Shown here: one piece after another, positions 25,331 to 38,118 of the stretch
Numbering within the stretch: the first letter of the stretch is position 1
How the letters are laid out: each line of letters starts with the position of its first letter
NCBI RefSeq assembly: GCF_006345805.1
Contig: NC_043002.1
Location: 87,420,001-87,484,000 of the forward strand
DNA length: 64,000 bases
Direction of reading: 5' to 3'
Source: Octopus sinensis
Taxonomy: Eukaryota
The notes under the pieces: generated by a model
What the model was told of the DNA's origin: nothing
The model's input: only the letters and a program-made list of their open reading frames with translations
The model's database searches: none
Made by a program: the position numbers and the translations under genes

Positions 25331-25450
25331 CGGACCTGTTTCAGCTTCCATTTCCCAAATCCATACGCAACGCTTTCGTCGGTCCGAGGCTATAGTGGAA
25401 GACGCTTGTCCAAAGGGTCGTGCAGCGAGACTTAATCCGGAATTACGTAG
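24765..25450 (-). mobile_element. Two adjacent diverged family C SINEs
   Basis: TCAGTTTCC..AAATC..CTCACAAGGCTTTGGTCGGCCCGAG..TAGTAGAAGACAC at ~24990-25060 and ~25340-25410, each with tail remnants. Confidence 0.75.
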
Positions 25451-25970
25451 TTGGGGTATAACACATGGTCAATTTTCATTAATTGGACACTGTGTCTCAT
25501 CTTACAAAATATTTCTGTTTTGAATATTTTCTTCTTTAAAATTCACGTACTACGCATGACCTTCAAAATTAGGTATTTCCTTTTTTTATTGATGCATGTT
25601 CAATTTTTATAAATTAAATATAATTTGAGTTAATAATACTTTGAATTCATCAATTATTCTTGTTTAACAACGACTTTAGTACTATGTTAAGAATGCCACA
25701 CTCGTATCGGTCGATTCTAATACATTATTGGATAACGGTAATCGACGCAAGACAGATAAAAATGGCAAAAAAACCTGGGCAGAACTTGAGCTCAAAGCAG
25801 AACTAAATTCTCCAAGTCCAGTATTGTATGCCTGACAAAACCATCGGTTTTATTTTGTTAAAGTCTGTTACTTATTAAATCGGCTCCTTACGCTGACCTG
25901 CTTTATGTGGAGTAAGCAAGCCATGGGAAGAAGAGGCAAAAACATACATTTATATATATACATTTATATA

Positions 25971-26032
<62 letters not shown>

Positions 26033-26145
26033 GACGGGCTGCTCCCGGTTTTGAACTACCAAATACCAAGTTAACTAACAAAACCTTGATCAGCTTGGTG
26101 CCTTGTTAGCACAAGGCCATCAATTTTTGGGTTGAAGCTGTAAAT

Positions 26146-26405
26146 CAGTGGTCCCCAAAGTAGACGGTACCGTCCCCCTAGTGGCGATAGAGAAATCCAT
26201 TGAGCGTTGAAGAAAATTGGAGCTATAACGAGGTGACGAAACGGGGCAATGGATGTAAAAAACAAACAAACAAAATAAAGAGTTAATGAGGGTAAGTTTT
26301 ATTCGTGAAATACAATTGTTTTGAATTTGCTGCAGAAAATGGTCTATGTCTGTGACGGTAAGTGGGGTAATGTTACCTTAGCCTGAAAAAATTTGGGAAC
26401 CACAG
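26146..26405. mobile_element. Probable hAT (Charlie-like) MITE
   Basis: Ends CAGTGGTCCCCAAA / TTTGGGAACCACAG; no matching TSD recovered (right flank is a SINE fragment). Confidence 0.55.
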
Positions 26406-26962
26406 TCGATCACATCGACCCCATTACTTGGCTTGTACTATATTCTATTGACTCCGAAAGGATGAAAGGGGGAGCTGATCCCGGTGGAATTTGAATTCAG
26501 AAAGTAATGAGTCGAAATGCCGCAATGCTCTAACGGTTCTGCTTACCTATCGGCTTCAATAGTGTGTAACATGGCCATACGTGTCTAGTATATGACTGGT
26601 ACTTTATTTTATCAATACTTTAATGATGAAACATTAAGTTTACTTAAACAGCATTTGAACTCAAAGCATAAAGAGCTGGAAGAAATACTACAAGGTATTT
26701 CAGCGCTCTAATGATTCAGGATATTCACTGCCATGATGGTGGGGATCATGATGATCATGATGAGGATCATGATCATCATGATTAGGATCATGATCATCAT
26801 GATCAGGATCATGATCATAACAACAACGACGACGACGAGTTTCAATTTTGACGCAAGTTTGTCAATGTTGAGGGTAGGGTTTTAACCAATACCTATTTCT
26901 TTACCGCTGACAAAAAGAAAAAGAAAAAGAAGAGAAAAAGAAAAAGAAAGAGAAGATTATAT

Positions 26963-27980
26963 TTAATCAAGCAGTTTTGTGTAAAAATGATGAAATTCTC
27001 CTATCATTTTATTCATTCCTCCAGTGCAAACGTATTTCTCCTCATACATTTTGAGTATTGAAAGTGTATGTAGTTCAGAATATTTTCTCATAATATGCAC
27101 TTTCAAGTCTTTTTCAAAACGGTCGCCGTTTGATGCAAAATTTTCCGCAAGTTCTGTCGAACTAATGTTTCTGTGCATTACGTCATATCTGTACTCATTA
27201 AACCTTTTGTTTAATTGATCTGTTGTACAACCAACATAAATAAAATTGTATTTCGTGCATTCTGTGGCGTACACCAAATGGCAATCTCTACATGTCCCAA
27301 ATTTTGTATAAATCATAACATTTCTCTTATGATTTTTCATGGAATTCACTTGACTAATTTTGTTACACAAACAGTTGCGGCTGTTTTTCAAGGTACAACG
27401 TGCAGATAATCCAATGTTAGTTTTCTTGGAGTCAGAAATAGAGGTTAATAGTTTTCTTATATCTTTATTCAGTCTAAAGGCTATAATAGGCAATTGATGA
27501 AATATATGTTTGAAGCGAGGATATTTTTCCCGCAACATGCTAGTAACATTCATGCCGCAATTTTGAAATGCTAGCGAAATTTCGGTGCCAGTTAATCACT
27601 AATGGAATTCTGTCACATGTTGTACTGTGTTTGCTAAAATTATGTGTAAAGTATTGACTTTCTTTGCTAATCTTAGCTATTTCCTTTAATCGTAATTCAC
27701 TGTAACCGCGTTTGACATTATGGTGCACAAAAGCATTTGCATGTTTCCAGTAATCCCCTATTTCAGTACAAATCCGTTTTATCCTAAAAAATTGGGATTT
27801 CGGATTTGATCATCGAATTATATTATGTGGATGATTAGATCAGCGGTGGAGGTAAATGTGACATGACACGGGCTTGCAAAATAACTCTGTCACTATTCTG
27901 CCTCCGCAAAACTTAACTTCGGTGTCCAAGAATTCAACACTAGTTTTTGAAAAACTAGACGTAAATTTATGTTCAACTTG
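26963..27980 (-). mobile_element. Penelope-like element (PLE), 5'-truncated: RT C-terminus/thumb, linker and GIY-YIG endonuclease
   Basis: HKFTSSFSKTSVEFLDTEVK..TELFCKP..HIYLH..SNHPH..SQFFRIKRIC..KRGYSE; RIPLVINWH; ORF 26963-27553 with LVYATECTKYNFIYVGCTTDQLNKRFNE..AENF..GMN. Confidence 0.88.
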
Positions 27981-28566
27981 ACGTAAATTTTATGCTCAAA
28001 AACCTTGCCATATTCTAATATGTATTCCTTACCATATTCCAATATATATACACACATGATAAAGGTGATAAGTATGATCACTGAACATGTGTCAACATTT
28101 AAAGGTGAAAATAGGCAAAAAGTGTCATAAACATGTACTAAACAAAGCACATGATACTGATTTGATCAAAATCTTCTTGAATTTGCCTATTCAAACTGAG
28201 AAGATCAAGGTAAACCGTCCCACCACTCTACTTCACACAATCACAGCAAAGGAATTCCAGGTTCCAATATGACCCAGAGGGTTTCGAAGATTATTAGGGT
28301 TTGCATATCTATACTGGTCCCCCTCAAACACGTCATCATCGCCCATACCTGCACTCATTACTTATTCATACTGCGTTCCAAAATTAACAATGAATCAGGG
28401 GTCATTGTGCCAGCCTATGCATAACGATGGCCTACGTATTGCGTTAAAAGCCGTAGGGCAGGTGTTTATCGCAACAACTCCAGTTTTCGCACGCTTTGGT
28501 CTCGATACTGAAGACCAAGAATATACCGCCCAGCGCCATGGCTCATTTGTTTAACAGCACGCTGGC

Positions 28567-28605
28567 TCACAGAACCAATTGTCCTTAGGACAATTGGTTC
28601 TGTGA
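28567..28605. repeat. Perfect palindrome, 19-bp arms with 1-nt spacer
   Basis: TCACAGAACCAATTGTCCT-T-AGGACAATTGGTTCTGTGA. Confidence 0.95.
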
Positions 28606-29194
28606 ATGCGCAATGAAAATCTTTCAGTTTTTCTATGACAAAGAATTCCAAATTTCTCCTTGTACATTTTGGACAAATTCATCAGGCAAGGAGTGACATG
28701 CTTTTGTAATGCACTGCTACCATACCGCCTCCTTTGACAGGATTCTATTGTCCAGAAATGTCCAGCAATTTCATCGAAACTGCTTCTTATTACAACTAAT
28801 GTTCTCGCTCTCAGAAAGCATATGTTTGAATGTTGTGCTATTGTTGCCAACGACAGCATTTTCCCTTGTAATGTTCTCTCAATTATGTTGTTGTCTACAG
28901 GTATGTTACTGTATATAATGTTTCCCTTTCAAAATATAAGCTTTGTTTAGAACAATTTTTTTTGCTTAACGTCTGTTTAATCTTATTTGTTCTGCTAAAA
29001 TCTGCTTGAGGAATTCTTTTTTGCTTGTGTACTAATGAGGAACATATTTTCCTCCCAAAATTAAAGTTTATTCATGTTTTCCGAACTAAGGAAATTCAGT
29101 CGATATGTCCATGCATTGGGAGAACTGAAGCATATAAATAATTATCCTAAAAAGCTGATGCAGCAACAGTAATATTAACAACAGCAATTACAAC

Positions 29195-29553
29195 AGTCCT
29201 TCCTACAATAAATGCAAGGCCTAAAATTTTGGAGAATGTGCTACTCGATCACATCGACCCCAGTATTCAACTAGTATTTATTTTTATCGACCCCGAAAGA
29301 ATGAAAGGCAAATGCGATCTCGGCGGAGTTTGAACTCAGAACGTGAAGATGGATGAAATACCTATTTCTTTACTACCCACAAGGGGCTAAACACAGGGGG
29401 GACAAACAAGGACAGACAAACGGATTAAGTCGATTATATCGACCCCAGTGCGTAACTAGTACTTAATTTATCGACCCCGAAAGGATGAAAGGCAAAGTCG
29501 ACCTCGGCGGAATTTGAACTCACAACGCAGCGGCGGACGAAATACCGCTAAGC
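29195..29553 (-). mobile_element. Family M SINE dimer (A + B), head truncated
   Basis: Reverse complement of the 4506 and 10656 architecture. Confidence 0.88.
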
Positions 29554-30658
29554 TTTTTTCCCAGAGGGTGTACAAAAAAGAAATTATAAAATTGAGGGGC
29601 GATGCTAGGACTTTATGAAATAAAAACATTGAAATTTAAATATAAATTAAAGGAAACACAGAATAAATATATGATTATATAAGTAATACAATAACGAAAA
29701 GCAGAATATTATTTAGAAACATGAAACAATATTTGTAATTCTATCCAGAGACGGCTGAAAATCAATTCATTAGGTCGGGACATCCCAAATGCACTCGTAT
29801 GCATTCCTTGAGTTAGTTGAGCCTCTGCCAATAGATCTCTAGTGAGGCCTTCGCCAAAGTTCAGTCAGAATGTTTTCTTACTACTTGCACACAATATATT
29901 CATTATTATTGGTGTGATATCATCTAATTTCAGTATTAAGTTTAGCAGTAAATAATCTTCTTGCCTGATTGTGATGTAATGCAAGTGTGTATGGGCATTC
30001 TCTAATTACAAAATCTAAGGTTCTTTTCCAATGTTCGAGATGCATTTTGTCTGCATTATGTCTTTTATCCCCTTTGTATCTGTTTTTATCCGGCAAAAAT
30101 TTGCCAGCCTTCTGATTTCATCTGTCCCGCAAACTCAAGCAAGCGAATGGAGTAGTGTTGCTAAGAAGAGAGCTCTTTTCAGTTGCTTCTGGGGCCAACC
30201 ATGTGGCGATTTTTTCCGCCACTTTAGGAGGTTCGTATGTAATTGCTGTTGGAACAGCAGCCTGGTATTATTGCTGTCTGTCGATTTGTGCGTGACCAGG
30301 TTGCAGTTGTGCACCTAAATATTTGTCACTTCATGAAATATATTTAAATTGTAAGCGAATTTAATAGAGTTATATTTTATTAAATGGTTCTTCCATGATA
30401 CAAATGTAAGACATTTGGTAATGAAAATATAAAGCATAAATGCCACAGACGTACTTAACATGTGCGTAGCAATTAATAACATAATACAACAAAACAAAAG
30501 CCCTGAATATTTACAAAATTCAAATCTGGAATAATACATATAAAATATAAATAAAAGAGAAAAGGCGGAAGACTTAAGAACAGAAAATTCTAAAGATGAA
30601 AACAATAAGCAATGTAAATATGGCCATACATAAATAATTTAAAGAAAACAAAAAACAG

Positions 30659-30663
<5 letters not shown>

Positions 30664-30736
<73 letters not shown>
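30664..30736. repeat. (TC)n microsatellite
   Basis: Directly visible. Confidence 0.97.
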
Positions 30737-30738
<2 letters not shown>

Positions 30739-30984
30739 AGTAACGAAAGTAACTTCCAATGGTAAACTTCAGAATAAAATTGCAACAACAATAGAAAACG
30801 TAAACTTGGCCATCACAGAGTGAATCAAAATTGACACTAGTATTAATTTCAACAGATTAATTGAAATATTATACAGTTTTTGGTCCTATGATTTTCTATT
30901 GGTGGTTTTACCCGAAGGAGATTTTTGCGAAGTGTTGTATTACTCTAGAATACTGTCCTGATGTCATATGGGCAGCATATCTTT

Positions 30985-31018
<34 letters not shown>

Positions 31019-31085
31019 GTAATAATAATAATAAAATAATAATAATAATAACAATAACAATAATAATAATAATAATAATAATAAT

Positions 31086-31132
<47 letters not shown>

Positions 31133-31219
31133 CAACATCGAAAAATACCTTAGGAATAATAATAATAACAACAACATCGAAAAATACCTTAGGAATACCA
31201 GGTTCGAAATTTCCCCAAT

Positions 31220-31263
31220 ACACCTGATGAAGGCTGGAGGGTATATCAGCCGAAATGTTGTGT
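31220..31263 (+). ncRNA. Minimal type-I hammerhead ribozyme-like motif inside a short repeat after a (TAA)n tract
   Basis: ACAC-CTGATGA-A-GGCTG-(10 nt)-CAGCC-GAAA-T-GT-T-GTGT: both catalytic core boxes, 5-bp stem II, 4-bp stem I, loopless stem III. Confidence 0.6.
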
Positions 31264-31399
31264 TAACAACAAACAAGATGAGGACAAATATCCGTCAATT
31301 GTAAATATTGAAAATAATGTAAATAATGCACCTTAAAAATAGAACTTTAATATACTGAAGTGGCTGTAAAGAAAGTTTGTATAATTACAAAGCTATTCA

Positions 31400-32690
31400 T
31401 TCAGGAATATTAAACCCAAGCAAAGTACATGGAAAACGAGCGCACGGAAGATGATAGAAAATATGAGGGAGAAACATATGTAAATCCCTCTACGATTGCA
31501 AGTTGTACAAGTACTTAAAAAAGGATGGGTTTAAAGTGTGCCAATGTAAAGCTGAAGAACGGTAACTTAATTAAGAATACTAATATCAGGACAGATAAAG
31601 ATGCTGAGATAAGAATTATACAAAACACAGAGCTGTAAATACTTAGAAACTAACGAACTCGACAGCGTACAATGTATTTACAAATGACAAAAGATAAAAG
31701 CCAAAAAATGAGATAAAAGCCATTAATACTTTAGCTATCCCAATAAAAAGTTATTGTTATAATATTATAATAATCTTAACTGAATGCATGGACTAGCAAC
31801 GTTAGACATCAAAGAAAAATGACTGCATTTAGAATATAGCACCTAAAATCTGGCGTAGAAAGATTAATAATACAAATATCTTGTAAGAAACAATCTAAAA
31901 CTAAGACAAACAGCTTCAAAATATGAATACGGACAAAGCAAAAAAAAAAAATTGTTTTCTGTGTACAACGAAGTCAATAAATACAAAAATGGAGACCAAT
32001 ATGACGAGTAGCTATGAAGAAAAAGGAAACCCAATAGAAATTAGGAAAAGACTAAAATCGGAGTTACAAGGCTACAGAATGCAATAATAAAGCGGTGGCA
32101 AATAAAGCCCCTATTTGGCCAAAAGCTGGAAATATACAAAGGAAATTCACAACATTCACTGAGAAGTATAAGTTTAAAATCTGAGACTGAAGGATTCTAA
32201 TTTAAGGCAAAACAATTTCTCATGAGAAACCACCAAAAACATGTAACGAAACAGAATACGGCAACTGCCGAATATCCCAGTCTTAGTCAAGATACAATCC
32301 ATTCACAGGCATGACAGAATTGCAGCTTACATAGACTGTACATTATGCTAGCAATATGAAATAGAAAGAAAACGAGGCGGCATGTGAGTATGTTAGAAAA
32401 TATATCAAAAAACGACGAAGCAACTATTATCTGGAATATATCTAAGCACGTTAAAACGATTAAAGATAATCAGCTAGATAATGTTGCCAATGACGACCAA
32501 GTGAAAAACTTACCCTAATTGAAGTATCTGTCCCAAAATATGATAAATAAATAGAGAAATTATCTAAATATGAAAATCTGGAGATGAAAAGATATGGAAA
32601 TGGGAATGATAACAACACGCAGACAGTTGAAGATAAAAGAAATTATAAAGCAGTGCATATACCGAAAGTATACGGAACTGCGGCCAGGGC
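31400..32690 (+). mobile_element. Old degraded R4/Dong-type RLE non-LTR retrotransposon (RT C-terminus to RLE)
   Basis: Fragments such as AINTLAIP, HxKSxVERL, LKSETEGF, NCRI, RHDRIAAYI, NDEATIIWN, EVSVP, LSKYENLE in order; ends at a (CAA)/(TAA)n tract. Confidence 0.65.
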
Positions 32691-32695
32691 TATGT

Positions 32696-32731
<36 letters not shown>

Positions 32732-32771
32732 AATAATAATAATGATTATGATAATAATAATAATAATAATA

Positions 32772-32818
<47 letters not shown>

Positions 32819-32823
32819 GTAAT

Positions 32824-33530
32824 GATAAATGAAAAGAAATATAACAAGTAACTGCAGAATATGTGGAGATGGACAAGAAACAATAAATCATATTATCTCT
32901 GGCTGCCCAGTCCTGGCTAAGAAGGAATATATTCACAGACATGACAGAGTTGGAACCTACATACGCTGGGAGCTATGCCAACATTATGGAATAACAACAG
33001 AAAAAAGATGGTATAGGCACACACCAGAAAAGGTCACAGAAAATGAGAAAGCAACCATACTCTGGGATATGCCGATACACACATATAGAGAAATTAAGGC
33101 CAACAGACCAGATATAGTTGTCAGAGATCATGAAGGAAAAGAATGCTTTCTAATTGATGTATCAATACCGGCAGATGACAACGTTTCTCTAAAAGAAATG
33201 GAGAAACTTTCAAAATACAAAGACCTGGAAATGGAGGTAACCAGAATGTAGAATCTAAAAACAGAAACAATTCCTATCATAGTAGGTGCATTAGGCATGA
33301 TAAAAAAATATTCAGACAAATACATAACAAAAACACCAGGACTTACAAACACATATAACATATAGAAAATTGCACTACTAGGCACTGCACACATCCTACG
33401 CAGAACACTTTCCATACAATAACCATCAGAGCATCACAACAAATCACAGCACATACCCAAGGCACACAGAGCTGCGCTCGGTAGTGAAGTGAAAGCACGC
33501 TATAAAAATAAAACTACTGAATAATAATAA
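32824..33530 (+). mobile_element. Younger 5'-truncated R4/Dong-type LINE: CCHC knuckle + restriction-like endonuclease + 3' UTR
   Basis: CRICGDGQETINHIISGC; RHDRVG; ILWD..RPDIVVRD..FLIDVSIP..KEMEKLSKYKDLE; IPIIVGALG; flanked on both sides by (TAA)n. Confidence 0.9.
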
Positions 33531-33543
33531 TGATAATAACAAC

Positions 33544-33609
<66 letters not shown>

Positions 33610-33790
33610 TTAGCACAAGGCTAGCAAGTTCGGGGGAAGTGTGGAGTCGATTACATCGACCCCAGCGTTCAATTGCTATTTATTTCATCGATCCCGAAAA
33701 GATGAAGGGCAAAGACAACGTCGGCAGTATATGAACTCAGAACATAACGAGCCAGAATAAATGCCACAAAGCATTCTCTCCAACGCGCTA
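33610..33790 (-). mobile_element. Diverged family M SINE (tail B)
   Basis: AGTCGATTACATCGACCCCAG..ATCGATCCCGAAAAGATGAAGGGCAAAG. Confidence 0.75.
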
Positions 33791-33811
33791 ACGATTCTGA
33801 TACTGAATAAC

Positions 33812-33812
33812 C

Positions 33813-33858
<46 letters not shown>

Positions 33859-33869
33859 TAATAATAATA

Positions 33870-33916
<47 letters not shown>

Positions 33917-33929
33917 AATAATAATAATG

Positions 33930-33973
<44 letters not shown>

Positions 33974-34075
33974 TATAATGATGATGATGATGATATAGAA
34001 AAAGAAGCAGAAGAAGAAGAAGAAGAGAAGAAGAAGAAGAAGAAGAAGAAGAAGAAAGAAGAAGAAGAAGAAGGG
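33812..34075. repeat. (AAT)n/(GAT)n/(GAA)n compound microsatellite
   Basis: Directly visible. Confidence 0.95.
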
Positions 34076-34469
34076 TATGAAGATTTCTTGCATAAAAACA
34101 AGGTGACGTATTTGCTCTTGTATAGGTACAATGAACTAAATTGAAACTATATAAATGGCATATATTTTATTGACCCCAGAATAATAAAAATAAAGGTATT
34201 ACAAGTAATAATTATAAAAGGCGTCGTAGTCGTCATCACATCATAATGATCATCATCACCGTCATCATCATCATTTAAGTATTGACTGACTAAATATATA
34301 TTTGTAGGATTGGGCATGTACAATGGAATTGTTAGGCTTTCAGATTTTGTCGGGTACAATTGTCTTTCAAGCAGTCACAAAAATGACAAACCAAGATATT
34401 AAATGGTACTTAAAACATTGACCATAGGAAAAGGAAAATCAAAGTCTATTTTGATGGAATTTCAATATT

Positions 34470-35110
34470 AAGGCGACGAACTGGCGGAATCGTTAGCACG
34501 TCGGGTGAAGTGCTAAGCTGTAATTCGTTCGTCTTCATTTGAGCTCAAATTCCGTCATGGTCGGCTTTGCTTTCATCGTTTTGCGATCGATAAAATACGT
34601 ACCATTTGAATACTGAGGTCGATAAATTAAATACCAGTTGAGTGCTGGGGTCGACGTAATCGACTTATCCCTTTCCGCAAACCTGCTGGCCTTGTGCCAA
34701 AATTTGAAATCAGTATTCAAATGAAAGAAGGCGGCGGGCTGGCAGAGTATTTAGCACGGCAGAAAAATGCTTAGTGGCATTTCGTCAGTCTCTACGTTCT
34801 GAGTTCAAATTCTGTCCAAGTCCACTTTGCTTTTCATCCTTTCGAGGTCGATAAAACAAATATCAGTTGAGTACTGCAGTCGATGGAATCGGCTTATTCC
34901 CTCATCAGAAATTGCCTGCTTTGTGCCAAAATTTGAAATTAATATTAAAGCGAAAGAAGGCGGCGCGTTGGAAGAATGCTTAGCGGCGTTTCGTCCGTCT
35001 TCTCATTCTGAGTTCAAATTCCTTTCGGGGTTAATAAAAATAGGTGCCAGTCAAAGACTAGCCCACTCCCTAAAATTTCAAGCCCTGTGCTTATAGTACA
35101 AAGGAATATT
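34470..35110 (+). mobile_element. Three head-to-tail family M SINE monomers (third internally deleted)
   Basis: Heads AGGCGACGAAC (~34470), AGGCGGCGGGC (~34730), AGGCGGCGCG (~34958), each ending CCTTGTGCC(A/T)AAATTTGAAAT-like. Confidence 0.8.
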
Positions 35111-35399
35111 AAAAAGACACTACTACTACTACTACTACTACTACTGCTACTACCACCGCCACCACCACCACCACCACCACCACCACCACCACCACACCAC
35201 CACCACCACTACCACCACCACCACCACCACCACCACTACCACCACCACCACCACCACCATCGCTTTTTAAAAGCTATCTCGCAAATAGTAGACTTCAGAA
35301 GGAACAAATGATCTGTGATAATGTGTATGTGTGTATGTGTGGTCGAGAGAATCTGTGAGGCTGTATATTTACATACAGGTGTGTATATACATAAGTATA

Positions 35400-36626
35400 C
35401 AAGGTATGGTAAATAAATTGTCGTCTAAATTACGCAAAAATGAAAATAACACTGGCATCTCATTTTAACAGATATGTTTACAAAAATTACAAAAAATATC
35501 TTGAAATACTAAAGAGTAAACTTGTTCAATAAAATCGCCATTGGCTTCAACCACTGTCTCCAAACAACTTTGGAATCTCCTGCAACTCTTCTGGATGGTT
35601 TCCTTGTTTAAGTTGATGAATGCTGCCATAATCCTTGCCTTCAGTTCATCTTTGCTCTTACAAGGAGTTTTCGTGACCTCTTACACAACTGCGGCCCAGA
35701 CAATAATCAAGGAGGTTGCAGTCTAGGGAGTTAGGTAGCCAGATGTTAGGGATCATGTGGCTGAGTTCTCCTATTTGTTTGGCATAGTGCAGAGTCCTGT
35801 TGCCAGACAAAGGTCTTCCATCAGCCACTCTCTTGACCCAGGGGAGCAGTACCTCCTCCAAACACTTAATGTAGGCCTCTGTGTTGTGCCTGAGGCCGTG
35901 TGGGAAGATGATTGGAGGCATAACGTTGCCGTCACTTGTGATTGCTCCAAACACCATAATGTTGAATGGATGTTTGATTTTTATCACTCTCGGTACATGG
36001 TTTGGTGACACGGCAACCTAGTTTTTGTTTTGTGTGTTCAGTATCTGATCCTGGCAGAAGTTTTTGTCATTTGAGAAAAACCAAACCATGTTCAGTTGGA
36101 GGAGATGAATTTGTTCAAAAGCTTCGTAGCGCGGTCTTTACTCTTGTGCTTGATGGCCTGAGATAAAAAAATACCGAATGTCTTCATGCATTGCCTACTT
36201 GATAAGAATCTCAGACACTCCTATGTCCCTGTCGATGGACCTAATTGATTAGGAGGGATCGTTGTAAATCATGACCTGGATCTAACCAACAAACTCATAA
36301 CGATCAGAGTGACTTTTGCGAGCTGCCGTACTTTCGAAATCATGATTAGACTAATCCAACACTTTCCGAATCCTTTGCACTGTCCTCATATTGACACTCA
36401 AACACTCTGACATGTTTGTATTGAAGCTTCCGGCGCGAATGCCGAACAGTACAGCATGTCGTTCGTTCCAAAATTACTGGTAGAGTGAATTACGTCATGG
36501 TACTGTTCTTATAGACGGTGCTCAACTGACATTACAATATTGTGTAGTTGACGAAATCAAAGACAAAGAATGCGCATGCACGAAATTCAAAATATAACAT
36601 GGCGACAATTTACCCATTGCATGCTG
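35400..36626 (-). mobile_element. maT/DD37D-like Tc1/mariner transposon, near full length, decayed
   Basis: Imperfect TIRs sharing (G/A)TAAATTGTCG flanked by TA; FFSxDKNFCQDQ, KHPFNIMVFGAITSDG..MPP..FPHGLR, WQQDSA, IWLPNSLDCNLLDY. D-D spacing cannot be measured because of a deletion. Confidence 0.85.
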
Positions 36627-36707
36627 TATATGCATTATATATGTATACATAAATACATATGTATGTATTTATGTATGTATGTATGTATGTTGTATGTATG
36701 TATGTAT

Positions 36708-36766
<59 letters not shown>

Positions 36767-36834
36767 CATATATATATACATACATACATACATAAATACA
36801 TACGTATACATATATAATGCATGTATGTATGTAT

Positions 36835-36890
<56 letters not shown>

Positions 36891-37059
36891 ATATATACAT
36901 ACATACATCATACATACATACATACATACATAAATACATACATATGTATATATATATATACGTATATATAAATATAAATATATATATATATATGTATGTA
37001 AATATGTATGTACACCATATATATTTATATACATATATGCATGCGCATATACCTTTTTC

Positions 37060-37475
37060 TTTTATCTGTAGCTTGCTTCAATCACTAGTCTATGGCCATG
37101 CTGGAGTACCTCCATAAAGGTTTTAGTAGAAGGATTTGACACCAGTAATTTAAAGCCTGTGAAATAATTTTGCCGAAACGCTAGGTAGTGGGAACGAATA
37201 CAAATCAATACCGGTTGTCAAGCATTGGTAGGGAACAAAAACGAACACACAAACACACATTCATACGCACACAGATATGTGTCCATATCTTTTATATTGT
37301 CCTTGTTTCAGTCATTTTACTGCGTCCATGTATATCAGAACGGAGGGCTTCTTTCAATTTCCATCCAAGCAGTATTCCTCACCTGGTGCTGTAGTGGAAA
37401 CTTCGGCCTAAGATATCATGCAGTGGAACTGAACACAAATCCACATGGTTAGGAAGTAAATTTCATCCCATACAG
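37060..37475 (-). mobile_element. Old family C SINE
   Basis: CATGCTGGAGTACCTCC..GCCGAAACGCTAGG..GGTTGTCAAGC; head remnant GCAGTGGAACTGAAC..CCACATGGTTAGGAAG. Confidence 0.65.
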
Positions 37476-37509
37476 CCATGGGTATGTTTTGTTTGTGTAT
37501 GCGTATATA

Positions 37510-37545
<36 letters not shown>

Positions 37546-37583
37546 TGTATGTATGTATGTATGTATGTATGTATGTATGTATG

Positions 37584-37615
<32 letters not shown>

Positions 37616-37848
37616 TATATACACACACATATAATACATACATTCATACATACAACACACACACACCTATATAGTGCCTACTGATACATTTGTATATATA
37701 TATATATATATATACAAACATACGTCTATGTGTGTGTATACATACATACATACATTAGTTACGTGCATGCATGTCTATCTATCTGTCTATCTGTCTGTCC
37801 ACTGGTATGTGCGTGTGTGTTTGTGTGTTTGCATAAGCATGTATTATA

Positions 37849-37881
<33 letters not shown>

Positions 37882-37930
37882 ATATATATATAGATATATA
37901 TATATATATATAATATATATATACATATAA

Positions 37931-37973
<43 letters not shown>

Positions 37974-38076
37974 AACACATAGATGTATGTATATCTGTAT
38001 GTATGTAATTACAAGTATAATATAAATGAAGAATATAACGCATGCGTGTGTTGTGCGTTTAAAGTTACATATTGAA

Positions 38077-38118
<42 letters not shown>

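Noticed and set aside
25680-25835. Protein-like plus frame YYVKNATLVSVDSNTLLDNGNRRKTDKNGKKTWAELELK
   Set aside because: About 50 codons, weak acceptor, no recognisable homology; not distinguishable from chance without data.
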